Source: an uncultured Bacilli bacterium (lineage in GTDB: Bacteria; Bacillota_I; Bacilli_A; RF39; UBA660). From it: 55,467 nt of DNA. The notes beneath the pieces are model-generated. The model saw nothing but the letters and a program-made list of their open reading frames with translations, was not told where the DNA came from and searched no databases. The stretch covers positions 1-55,467 of the forward strand of contig CALVIR010000005.1 of assembly GCA_944331915.1 (NCBI GenBank). The letters run 5' to 3'. A program made the position numbers and the translations under genes. Shown in pieces: positions 10,576 to 19,193 of the stretch. The stretch's first letter is position 1; each line of letters starts with the position of its first letter.

Positions 10576-10896
10576 ATGCTTTATTTAGATCCTAGTATGA
10601 CAGATAGTTCATTTTATACTAATATGGTATATTATTACTTTCATTCTGATAAAGGGAAAATTTCTAAGGATAACAATTTGCAAGAAATGAAAAAGATTGA
10701 ATATAATGCTAAGAATCTTGAAAGTTTACAGAAAAAAGTGCTTCATAATATAAAAACAGATCCTTTATTTATAAAAGTGATGAGAGTTCATACAATTAAG
10801 GATATTGGTGATACTTTAAAGCAGTTTTCAAATTTAAAATCTGTTTTTGGGGCAAGTGATAAGTTTGATTTGGCTCTTGCTGGTAGTGATTTATAA
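10576..10896 (+). CDS. Hypothetical protein, probably a fragment of a decayed gene
   Basis: 106-aa ORF. The same frame is open from an RBS-preceded ATG at 10429 and is interrupted by a single TAA at 10486-10488. Further in-frame stops follow 10896. Confidence 0.3.
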   Translation: MLYLDPSMTDSSFYTNMVYYYFHSDKGKISKDNNLQEMKKIEYNAKNLESLQKKVLHNIKTDPLFIKVMRVHTIKDIGDTLKQFSNLKSVFGASDKFDLALAGSDL

Positions 10897-11076
10897 GAGT
10901 TGAGGGAAATGTTGAGAGATTGAAAAGAGAATTTACTGATTATTCTTCTGTTGATAATAATAAAAAAATTGAGAAAGTTGAAAGACATAGAAGAATGTAA
11001 GTACACTCTTTTATTGAAAAAGATTTTAGATAATGTTATTATATTAATATAATAAAAAGAATAGAAGGTGGTGTGT

Positions 11077-11631
11077 ATGGATATAGTTATTAGTTTTTTT
11101 AGAGATACTCTTGATGGACCTGTTTATATTGTAGTTGTTGTAGTAGCGGTTATTTTGTTTTTTGCTTGTATAGGTTATTTGGCGGAAAAAAGTATTAATA
11201 CTAAAAAAGAGAAAGCTAAATATGCTAAAGTAGAAAATGATAGTGCTACTAGTGTTGATAACTCTGTCAATAATTTAACTGAGGTTAGTGATAGTAATGT
11301 TAGTGAAAGTGCAGTTAATCCGGTTAATGATATCAATTCTGGTGTAGTTAGTATGGATAGTGTTGATAATAACCAAGTTACTAATATACCTAATGGTTTA
11401 GGTAGTGAGGCAGTAGTAACTGATGTTCCTATTACAGATATTAATGTTAATAATGTTGAAACAGTATCAACAACACCAATAGATAATGTTAGTAATGTTG
11501 TAGAAATGCCTAATGTTACTGAGGTTGCTCCTGTGACAGGGGCTGTTAATCAAGATTCAGTTGTATCTCAAGATACAGCTGCCTCTATAGTTATACCTAC
11601 TATTAATCAGGAAAATAGTAATAACAATTAG
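11077..11631 (+). CDS. Membrane-anchored Asn/Val/Ser-rich protein upstream of cdaA
   Basis: ATG at 11077 behind an AGGTGG RBS (the track starts at the GTG at 11068). One N-terminal TM helix is followed by a low-complexity VDN/VNN/VS-rich region. Confidence 0.5.
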   Translation: MDIVISFFRDTLDGPVYIVVVVVAVILFFACIGYLAEKSINTKKEKAKYAKVENDSATSVDNSVNNLTEVSDSNVSESAVNPVNDINSGVVSMDSVDNNQVTNIPNGLGSEAVVTDVPITDINVNNVETVSTTPIDNVSNVVEMPNVTEVAPVTGAVNQDSVVSQDTAASIVIPTINQENSNNN

Positions 11632-11650
11632 ATAGTTAGGAGAAGATGTT

Positions 11651-12481
11651 ATGGTTATTACAGTTGCTAGTGTGTTAGCAATCATAAAGAAAATAATAGA
11701 TATATCAATTGTTTGGTTGATGTTTTATATTATTCTAAAAAGTATAAGAAATAGCGTTAAATTAACTCTTTTATTTAAGGGAGTTATAATCATTATTGTT
11801 TTAAAAATTGTTAGTGATATATTTGGCTTTACTACAGTTAATTTGTTGCTAGAATATATTATCATGTATGGGCCTTTAGCTTTAATAATAATATTTCAGC
11901 CAGAAATTAGAAATATTTTAGAACAGTTGGGGCGTAATCAACTATTAGGTCGACATAAAGTGTTAACGGTTGATGAAAGAGAACATCTTGTTTATGAAAT
12001 AGTGCAAGCGATGGACTATTTAAGGAAAAATAAAATTGGAGCTCTTATTGTTATAGAAAGAGATATTAGTTTAGGTAACTATATCGATAAAGCTAAAAAA
12101 ATCTATGCTGATTTATCAAGCGATTTGTTAGGGGCTATTTTTTATGAAGGAAATCCTCTTCATGATGGTGGGGTAATTATCCAAGGTAATCGTATTACTT
12201 GTGCAGGAGCAATATTCCCTACTAGTAGTAGTCAAAAAATAAATAAAAGACTTGGTACAAGACATAGAGCAGCATTAGGTATTGCCGAAGAAACTGATGC
12301 GATTGCTTTAGTTGTTTCCGAAGAGACAGGACGTTTATCTATTGCGATAAAAGGAGAGTTGTTCTATAACTTATCTTTGGATGATATTAGAATGATGCTT
12401 ATAGATGAATTGAAACCTAAAGTTGCTAGTGAATATGAAGAAGAGTTAGAAGAGGAAGAGATATATGAAGAAGATAATTAG
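11651..12481 (+). CDS. cdaA: Diadenylate cyclase CdaA (DisA_N/DAC domain)
   Basis: Three N-terminal TM helices followed by the DAC motifs HDGGVII and GTRHRAALGIAEETDAIALVVSEETG. Confidence 0.9.
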   Translation: MVITVASVLAIIKKIIDISIVWLMFYIILKSIRNSVKLTLLFKGVIIIIVLKIVSDIFGFTTVNLLLEYIIMYGPLALIIIFQPEIRNILEQLGRNQLLGRHKVLTVDEREHLVYEIVQAMDYLRKNKIGALIVIERDISLGNYIDKAKKIYADLSSDLLGAIFYEGNPLHDGGVIIQGNRITCAGAIFPTSSSQKINKRLGTRHRAALGIAEETDAIALVVSEETGRLSIAIKGELFYNLSLDDIRMMLIDELKPKVASEYEEELEEEEIYEEDN

Positions 12482-13826
12482 AGGTATTGGAAAATTTTTT
12501 CGTCATATAGGAGCATTCTTTGATAAGTGGTTAATTACACCAATTACAAAACTTATTCTTAAGATCATAGAATTTTCTAAAAGTAATAGTAAAGGTATAG
12601 AAAAATTACTTGGGAAAAAGCAAACATTAATTGTAATAAGTTTAGTACTGGCTTTAGCAGTATTCTTTATTATAGATAGTGAAGGTACAGCGATGATTGA
12701 TCAGTATGCAGAAATACTTTATAATCAACCAGTTACAGCGACATATAATGAAGAAGCTTATGTAGTAGAAGGGTTGCCTGATACTGTTGATATTACCCTT
12801 GTGGGACAAAAAAGACATATCTTTTTAGCTAAACAATATCCTAGTGGTGGAGTTACAGTTGATTTAACAGGGCTTAAACCTGGACAACATAAAGTTACAT
12901 TAAAATATGCACAACAGTTAAAATCAATTGATTATAGACTTGATCCATCATCAGTTACAGTTACAATCTATGATAAAGTTAGTCAAACTAAATCTTTAAC
13001 TTATGATATTTTACATCAAGATAATTTAGATACAAAATTAAGTATTGATAATGTTGAATTAGATCGTAGTGAGGTAATTGTAAAAGGTGCTGAATATAAA
13101 CTTGAAAAAGTTGCAACAGTTAGAGCTTTAGTAGATGTTGATGATTTTGCAAGACAAGAAGCTGGTGAACTTACATTAGATTCAGTTCCTTTAGTAGCTT
13201 ATGATACTAATGGTAAGGCTCTAGATGTAGAGATTGTTCCTAAGACAGTAACTGCAAAAGTAACTATTTCTTCACCATCTAAAGATGTTCCTGTTGAAAT
13301 TGTTCCTAAAGGAGAACTTGCTTTTGGTAAAGCGATTAGATCTTTAAGTACTAATGTTAATACAGTTACTATTTATGGTAGTGAAGATGCTCTTGATAAG
13401 ATTGATTCTTTAGAAGTTGAGGTTGATGTTACAGGCCTTGATGCTGATAAAGATTATACTGTTACCTTGAAACGTCCTAATGGAGTTACAGAAATAAGTA
13501 CAAAAACTATTACTGTTAAAGTGGCAATTGACAATTCAACGACAAGAGAGTTTGATAATATTTCGATTGCAACAGAGAATTTAGGATCTGGTTATAGTGT
13601 TCAGGCTTCTAGTGAAGAGGATAGTCGAGTTACAGTTATTGTTACAGGTAGTGAATCAATTATTAACAGTATCGATCCGTCTATTATTCAAGCTTATGTA
13701 GATTTAGATGGTTTAGGTGTTGGTGAACATGAGGTTGAGGTTAAAGTTAAAGGTGATGACGTTAAACTTACTTACACGCCAAAAACGAAGACAGTTAAAG
13801 TAAGAATATCTTCTTCGAGTAGTTAA
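12465..13826 (+). CDS. cdaR: CdaA regulator CdaR (YbbR-domain protein)
   Basis: Overlaps the cdaA stop. An N-terminal TM anchor is followed by four repeated YbbR-like beta domains (V..V..V pattern). This is the conserved position directly after cdaA. Confidence 0.8.
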   Translation: MKKIIRGIGKFFRHIGAFFDKWLITPITKLILKIIEFSKSNSKGIEKLLGKKQTLIVISLVLALAVFFIIDSEGTAMIDQYAEILYNQPVTATYNEEAYVVEGLPDTVDITLVGQKRHIFLAKQYPSGGVTVDLTGLKPGQHKVTLKYAQQLKSIDYRLDPSSVTVTIYDKVSQTKSLTYDILHQDNLDTKLSIDNVELDRSEVIVKGAEYKLEKVATVRALVDVDDFARQEAGELTLDSVPLVAYDTNGKALDVEIVPKTVTAKVTISSPSKDVPVEIVPKGELAFGKAIRSLSTNVNTVTIYGSEDALDKIDSLEVEVDVTGLDADKDYTVTLKRPNGVTEISTKTITVKVAIDNSTTREFDNISIATENLGSGYSVQASSEEDSRVTVIVTGSESIINSIDPSIIQAYVDLDGLGVGEHEVEVKVKGDDVKLTYTPKTKTVKVRISSSSS

Positions 13827-13861
13827 AACTAAAAGAGAACTTAGTATTTTCTAAGTTCTTT

Positions 13862-14056
13862 TTAGTCTCTATCAAAAAGCATACTTATGTCAATTAAGCC
13901 TGCTATTCCAATTATAATATAGATAACTTTTGCAAGCATGGCATCGCTGCCACCAAAAATAGATGCAACTAGATCTAATTCAAATAATCCAACAAAAGCC
14001 CAGTTTATAGCTCCTATTATAATTAGAACTAAACATATTTTTTTTAAAATTTCCAT
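13862..14056 (-). CDS. DUF378-family small membrane protein
   Basis: 64 aa with two TM helices. The IGAINWAFVGLF...DLVA..FG pattern is typical of DUF378. Confidence 0.75.
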   Translation of the reverse strand: MEILKKICLVLIIIGAINWAFVGLFELDLVASIFGGSDAMLAKVIYIIIGIAGLIDISMLFDRD

Positions 14057-14174
14057 ATAATTCCTCCTTACTATTTTTACATTTTTATCATGTCCATATT
14101 TCTATGTTTTATTCATGAATATTACGGTAATTTTCTTAATATAATAAAATAGAAATTGATGAAGAGGTGAAAAT

Positions 14175-15173
14175 TTGAAAAAATTAAGTTTATGTCTGTT
14201 AATTTTAGGATGTTTTTTACTTACTGGATGTGGAAAAAATAGTGAAGGTGATATTTTAAAAAAATTAGAAAAGCAAATAGAAAATAATAATGGCTATATA
14301 TTTACAGGAAATTTGGAAATATTAAATAATGATGATATTTATAATTATGAGGTTGAAAGTGCTTATAAGGAAGATAATTATTATAAAGTGTCATTAAAAA
14401 ATATTAGTAATGATCATGAGCAAATTATTTTGAAAAATGATGATGGTGTTTATGTGTTAACACCTAGTCTTAATAAAAGTTTTAAATTTCAAAGTGATTG
14501 GCCATATAATAATTCGCAAGTTTATTTGTTACAATCTATTGTTAATGATTTAGAAAATGATGATGAGAGAACATTTAAAAATGAAGATGGTAAATATGTC
14601 TTTACTAGTAAGGTTAATTATCCTAATAATAGAAATTTAGTTAAACAAAAAGTGACATTTAATGATAAGTTAGAATTGGAAGAGGTTATAGTTTTAGATA
14701 GTGATGAGATTCCAGCGATGACTTTAAAAGTTGAAAGTATTGACTATAAACCTAGTTTTAAAGATAATTACTTTGATCTAAATGAAATAATGAATACAGT
14801 AGAGGTTGAAGATAGTGTGGTAGAAACGGGGGTTATGGATGATATAATATATCCTTTGGTATTACCAGAGGGGACTAAGTTAACTAGTGAAGAAAAGGTA
14901 CAGATGAGTGAAGGAGAAAGAGTTATTTTAACTTTTTCTGGGGATAAACCATTTTTACTTGTAGAAGAGACTGCTAATGTTTTAGATGAATTTACGGTTA
15001 TTCCAACAATGGGTGAACCATTTATGGTTATGGATTCAATTGGAGCGTTAAGTGATAATTCTGTTAATTTTACATCTGGAGGAATTAATTACTATATAGT
15101 TAGTGATGTGATGAGTCAAGATGAGTTATTAGAAATTGCTAATTCTATTAGTGTTTTACCAACAATGAAATAA
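14175..15173 (+). CDS. Lipoprotein, LolA/YdcC-like
   Basis: Signal peptide with the lipobox LLTGC. 332 aa. The family call is from overall pattern only. Confidence 0.75.
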   Translation: MKKLSLCLLILGCFLLTGCGKNSEGDILKKLEKQIENNNGYIFTGNLEILNNDDIYNYEVESAYKEDNYYKVSLKNISNDHEQIILKNDDGVYVLTPSLNKSFKFQSDWPYNNSQVYLLQSIVNDLENDDERTFKNEDGKYVFTSKVNYPNNRNLVKQKVTFNDKLELEEVIVLDSDEIPAMTLKVESIDYKPSFKDNYFDLNEIMNTVEVEDSVVETGVMDDIIYPLVLPEGTKLTSEEKVQMSEGERVILTFSGDKPFLLVEETANVLDEFTVIPTMGEPFMVMDSIGALSDNSVNFTSGGINYYIVSDVMSQDELLEIANSISVLPTMK

Positions 15174-15193
15174 GCACGAAAGTGTTTATTTTT
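15168..15193 (+). repeat. 26-bp direct repeat, left copy, spanning the lipoprotein gene stop
   Basis: AAATAAGCACGAAAGTGTTTATTTTT. The same sequence with one C/T mismatch recurs at 17074-17099. Confidence 0.8.
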
Positions 15194-15284
15194 TTGTATG
15201 ATTAAAAAAGTCAAAAATATATTGACAAACATATTTTCTATATTATACACTTAGGTTGCAAATATTAAAAGAGGTGTTCGGAAT

Positions 15285-15347
15285 ATGGAGATATATAGAG
15301 CATATAAATTTAAGTTATATCCAACAGATGACCAAAACATTATTTAG
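15285..15347 (+). pseudogene. N-terminal stub of an IS200/IS605-family TnpB-like gene
   Basis: MEIYRAYKFKLYPTDDQNII then stop. RAYKF+LYPT..Q is the characteristic TnpB/OrfB N-terminus. Only 20 codons remain. Confidence 0.5.
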
Positions 15348-15395
15348 ATTGTATAACTAGTAAAGTAAGTATAGTATAATGATGGTGTGAGATAA

Positions 15396-15686
15396 ATTGA
15401 TGTACAAAAAATTAAATACGAGCTTATTAAACAAAAGGAATCAAAATTTGAAGAAAATATTTATTATTTTTCACAAGTGCATTTTTGTTACAATTCTAAC
15501 AAGATAGCGGGAGGTAGATTAACAGAAGAACAAATAGAAGCAATATTTGATATTTCTAGTTTTATTCCAAAGAGCGATGAAGATGATAATGATAAACACT
15601 ATTTAATTGATATTTGTTTACATTCAGAAGACATTAATGAGGATATTTGTAATCAGTTATTAGATTTTGAAATCAGAGAGGACTAG
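15396..15686 (+). pseudogene. Truncated Fic-family gene (N-terminal region only)
   Basis: The open frame reads ..YYFSQVHFCYNSNKIAGGRLTEEQIEAIFD.., matching the region preceding the Fic core. The HPFxxGNGR motif is absent and there is no ATG at the frame start. Confidence 0.6.
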
Positions 15687-15701
15687 TTTTAGGAGGAAAA
15701 A

Positions 15702-16727
15702 ATGAAAGATAAATTAATAGGAAATGAAAATAACATTTTATTTTATAATGATGAAGATGGAAACATAGAGGTAGAGGTTATTTTGAAAAATGAAGATGTT
15801 TGGTTAAATACTGAAGCACTTGCAACTCTTTTCAATATTGATAGGAGTGGTATCGTTCGTCATATTAAAAATATTTATAATGATAATGAGTTAGAAGAAA
15901 GTTCAACTTGTGCAAAAATTGCACAAGTTCAAAAAGAAGGTAACCGTGAGGTTAAAAGAATGTATTCTTATTACAATCTTGATATGATTATTTCTATTGG
16001 TTTTAGAGTTAATTCTAAAAAAGCAATAAAATTTAGAACTTGGGCTAATAAAATAATTAAAGATTATATGGTTCAAGGTTTTGCTTTAAATGATGAAAGA
16101 TTTATGAAAGCAAGAAGAACTGATCAAGAATATTTTAAGAGGTTGCTTGAAAGAATTAAATTAATTCGCACTAGTGAAAGAATGTTTTATCAGAAAATTA
16201 CAGATATTTTTGCAGAATGTTCTATTGATTATGATAAGAGTAGTGATGAGGCTATAACATTTTATAAAACGATTCAAAATAAGTTTCACTTTGCTATTAC
16301 GGGACAAACAGCAGCAGAGATTGTTTATAATAGAGTAGATGCTAAAAAAGATAATATGGGACTTACAACATGGGAGAATTCTCCTGATGGTAAGATATTG
16401 AAATCTGATGTTACTATTGCCAAGAATTATTTAGATGAAAAAGAAATAAAGAATTTAAATAATTTAGTAAACTTATTTCTTGATATTGCTGAAAATAATG
16501 CTGAGAGAAATATTCCGATGTATATGAATGATTGGGTAAATGAGGTAAAAAACGCTTTAACATTATTTCATTATGAGGTGTTAGAAGGAAAGGGAAAGAT
16601 TTCTCATAAAATGGCAGAGAAAAAGGCTTTTGAAGAATATGAAAAATACAAAGTTATTCAAGATAAAAATTATGTTTCTGATTTTGATAAATTATTAAAT
16701 GAAACAAAACAAATAGAAAATAATTAA
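15702..16727 (+). CDS. RhuM-family virulence-associated protein
   Basis: ILFYNDEDGNIEVEV..DVWLNTEALATLF...IVRHIKNIY...YNLDMIISIGFRVNSKKAIKFRTWANKI is the conserved RhuM N-terminal module. 341 aa with a GGAGG RBS. Confidence 0.85.
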   Translation: MKDKLIGNENNILFYNDEDGNIEVEVILKNEDVWLNTEALATLFNIDRSGIVRHIKNIYNDNELEESSTCAKIAQVQKEGNREVKRMYSYYNLDMIISIGFRVNSKKAIKFRTWANKIIKDYMVQGFALNDERFMKARRTDQEYFKRLLERIKLIRTSERMFYQKITDIFAECSIDYDKSSDEAITFYKTIQNKFHFAITGQTAAEIVYNRVDAKKDNMGLTTWENSPDGKILKSDVTIAKNYLDEKEIKNLNNLVNLFLDIAENNAERNIPMYMNDWVNEVKNALTLFHYEVLEGKGKISHKMAEKKAFEEYEKYKVIQDKNYVSDFDKLLNETKQIENN

Positions 16728-16757
16728 ATTTATATATAAAAAGATTGGCTTTCAAAC

Positions 16758-16868
16758 TTATTTGCTACAATTTATTGTTAATTTTTTAGAAAATGATGAT
16801 GAAAAGGTTATAGTTTTAAAGATAATTACTTTGATCTAAATGAAATGAGCATGAAAGTTTTTTACGTT
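16758..16868 (+). pseudogene. Decayed, internally deleted partial copy of the 14175..15173 lipoprotein gene
   Basis: By eye it aligns in blocks to 14520-14570, 14681-14700, 14756-14795 and the gene end 15164-15193. An example block is TTTAAAGATAATTACTTTGATCTAAATGAAAT. Confidence 0.6.
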
Positions 16869-17073
16869 ATTACAAATTACCGAATTAGTGTTGCTAAATG
16901 ATTAACTTAGTTTGTGATATAAAGAGCGGATATAAGAAAATACTATATCAGAATATAAAGAATAACAATCGCTATTAATTTTTTTTAGATTATGCTTATA
17001 AACGTAGTGAGGATGTTTATGTAGTTCCAATTGGTTCTTTAAAAAATTAAAAATATAGTAACTTATGATTGGA

Positions 17074-17099
17074 AAATAAGTACGAAAGTGTTTATTTTT
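17074..17099 (+). repeat. 26-bp direct repeat, right copy
   Basis: AAATAAGTACGAAAGTGTTTATTTTT matches 15168-15193 with one mismatch. The preceding ~200 bp carry a more diverged lipoprotein-gene-like remnant (..EDVYVVPIGSLKN..). Confidence 0.8.
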
Positions 17100-17123
17100 C
17101 CTTTTAATTATGGTAATATTTAA

Positions 17124-17630
17124 GTGGTGATTGATGTGAAGAAAAATAAAATAATACAAAGTAAAAATGGAATGCCTAGTGAGGTTAAGAAAGCAATTAT
17201 AATAATTATAGTTATTTTAGTTACAATTATACTTATGTATCTTTTAACGACAAGAATACTTGCTAAGAGTAATAAAATTGATAGAACTTTAGCGACAGAA
17301 AGTGTTATAGGTTATGATAAGATACTAGCAGGAGAGTCTTTTAATCGTAGTGAAGATGAATATTATGTTATTTACTTTGATAGTACTAATGACTATTCAA
17401 TTATTAGTTCTTTAGTTAGTTCTTATCAGTTAAATAGTGATAATACTAAACTATATAATGTTGATTTAAGTGATGGTATTAATAAAAAATATATTACTGA
17501 TGGAGATGTTGTTACTACTGATGCAGCTAGTTTATTAGTTAAAGATAATACACTACTTAAATTTGAAAATGGTGAGGTAGTAGAGACTGTTACTGATATA
17601 AAAGAAATAATTAACTTTTTAAATGACTAA
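17124..17630 (+). CDS. Hypothetical membrane-anchored protein
   Basis: 168 aa with a GTG start and a single TM helix (AIIIIIVILVTIILMYLL). A hairpin plus T-run terminator follows the stop. Confidence 0.55.
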   Translation: MVIDVKKNKIIQSKNGMPSEVKKAIIIIIVILVTIILMYLLTTRILAKSNKIDRTLATESVIGYDKILAGESFNRSEDEYYVIYFDSTNDYSIISSLVSSYQLNSDNTKLYNVDLSDGINKKYITDGDVVTTDAASLLVKDNTLLKFENGEVVETVTDIKEIINFLND

Positions 17631-17821
17631 AATTTAGTCATTTTTTTAAAAGATATTGACGAACATACGTTTATACAGTAAAATAATATTAAATTAGGTA
17701 TGTAAAGAAAGAATTTGATTTTAAAATCAGACTACCAAAATATGAAATCATGTTGTAAAATAAATAAAGGATATAAGTATAATATTAGGTTATAATTATA
17801 GACTAAGTTAGGGGTGAAAAA

Positions 17822-19093
17822 ATGTTTAAAAAAAAGAAAGATAAGAAAGAAAAGATAGAAAATATAGAAGAGATATCTGTACCAGAAGATAGTAATGTAA
17901 AAGAAATTATTGTTGAAAGAAGAGTAGGGTTTAATTTTTCTGAGGTAATTATTATTATGATAATTGCTATTATGTTTGGATTTCTTTTAGGTAATATAGT
18001 TAATTTTGTGGTGTTTGATAAAAGTAGTGAGGATGATGAGTTAAAAGAACTTGTTAGTACTTATGATAATATTATTAATAACTATTATGAAGATGTTGAT
18101 AAAGAAGAACTTATTGATGCAGGTATTCAAGGGATGATTAATTATCTTGATGATCCTTATGCGACATATTTTAGTGGACAAGCTTCTGATGACTTTAATG
18201 AAGAGTTAGCAGGTACTTATGAAGGTATTGGAGTAGAGGTAATGATGCAAGATAATATCATTAGTGTTTCTAAAGTATTTGATGGTAGTTCTGCTAAAAA
18301 AGAAGGATTAGAGGTAGGAGATATTATTTTAAAAGTAAATGATACTGATGTTAGTGGTAAAACCTTGAGTGAGGTTGTAGAGATGATATCAGGAGAAGAT
18401 AGTAGTAAGAATGTTAAACTTACGATTAGAAGAGGGGAACAGGAATTAGAATTTAATGTTTCTAAAGGAACAATTGATATGCCTGTTGTTACTAGTGAGA
18501 TATTTACTAGTAATAATAAAAAAATAGGATATTTAAAGATAGATATATTTTCTTTAAATTCTTATGAACAGTTTAATAGTAAATTAAAAGAACTTGAAAA
18601 AGAAGGGATTGAAGGATTAGTTATTGATGTAAGAGATAATCCAGGAGGATATTTATCACAAGTTAAAGATATATTATGTTTGTTTTTAGATAAAAAACAG
18701 ATTCTTTATCAATTAGAAACTAAAACAGATAAAGAGGTAGTATATGGTACTAGTAAGAGTGTAGATAGAGATTATCCTGTTAGTGTAATTATAAATGATG
18801 ATAGTGCTTCGGCTTCAGAGATACTTGCTAGTGCTTTTAAAGAAAGTTATGGTTCAAGAATAGTGGGTATTAACTCATATGGAAAAGGGACAGTACAAGC
18901 AGCTAGTGATTTAAATAGTGGGGATACAATTAAATATACTGTACAAAAATGGTTAACTCCAGATGGTAATTGGGTAAATGATATTGGGGTTGTTCCTACT
19001 GATAGAGTAGAGACTGTATTGCATGATGGGGAAACATTAACTTATGATAATGATACAATGTTACAAACAGCTTTAAGTGTCGTTAGTGAGTAA
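17822..19093 (+). CDS. S41-family C-terminal processing peptidase with a PDZ domain
   Basis: A TM anchor, a PDZ-like GLEVGDIILKVND block, then the S41 motifs DVRDNPGGYL and SASASEILA...GKGTVQ. Confidence 0.85.
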   Translation: MFKKKKDKKEKIENIEEISVPEDSNVKEIIVERRVGFNFSEVIIIMIIAIMFGFLLGNIVNFVVFDKSSEDDELKELVSTYDNIINNYYEDVDKEELIDAGIQGMINYLDDPYATYFSGQASDDFNEELAGTYEGIGVEVMMQDNIISVSKVFDGSSAKKEGLEVGDIILKVNDTDVSGKTLSEVVEMISGEDSSKNVKLTIRRGEQELEFNVSKGTIDMPVVTSEIFTSNNKKIGYLKIDIFSLNSYEQFNSKLKELEKEGIEGLVIDVRDNPGGYLSQVKDILCLFLDKKQILYQLETKTDKEVVYGTSKSVDRDYPVSVIINDDSASASEILASAFKESYGSRIVGINSYGKGTVQAASDLNSGDTIKYTVQKWLTPDGNWVNDIGVVPTDRVETVLHDGETLTYDNDTMLQTALSVVSE

Positions 19094-19193
19094 AAATAAA
19101 AAAGTTAGTGTAATAGAGTTAAGTTGTGTTATAATTTAGATAGAGTATAAGTTGATAAGAAAAGCGATATCCTAAAATAAGGGAGTTGAAGCC

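Noticed and set aside
15210-15260. Similarity between 15215-15240 (ATATTGACAAACATATTTT) and 17652-17675 (ATATTGACGAACATACGTTT)
   Set aside because: The match is limited to about 20 nt centred on a -35 TTGAC box in AT-rich DNA, and the sequences diverge immediately afterwards. This is most simply two similar promoters.
16902-17159. 85-aa minus-strand ORF in the islet right flank
   Set aside because: It spans decayed lipoprotein-gene remnants and the 26-bp repeat and runs into the start of gene 17124. There is no RBS and the composition is junk-like.
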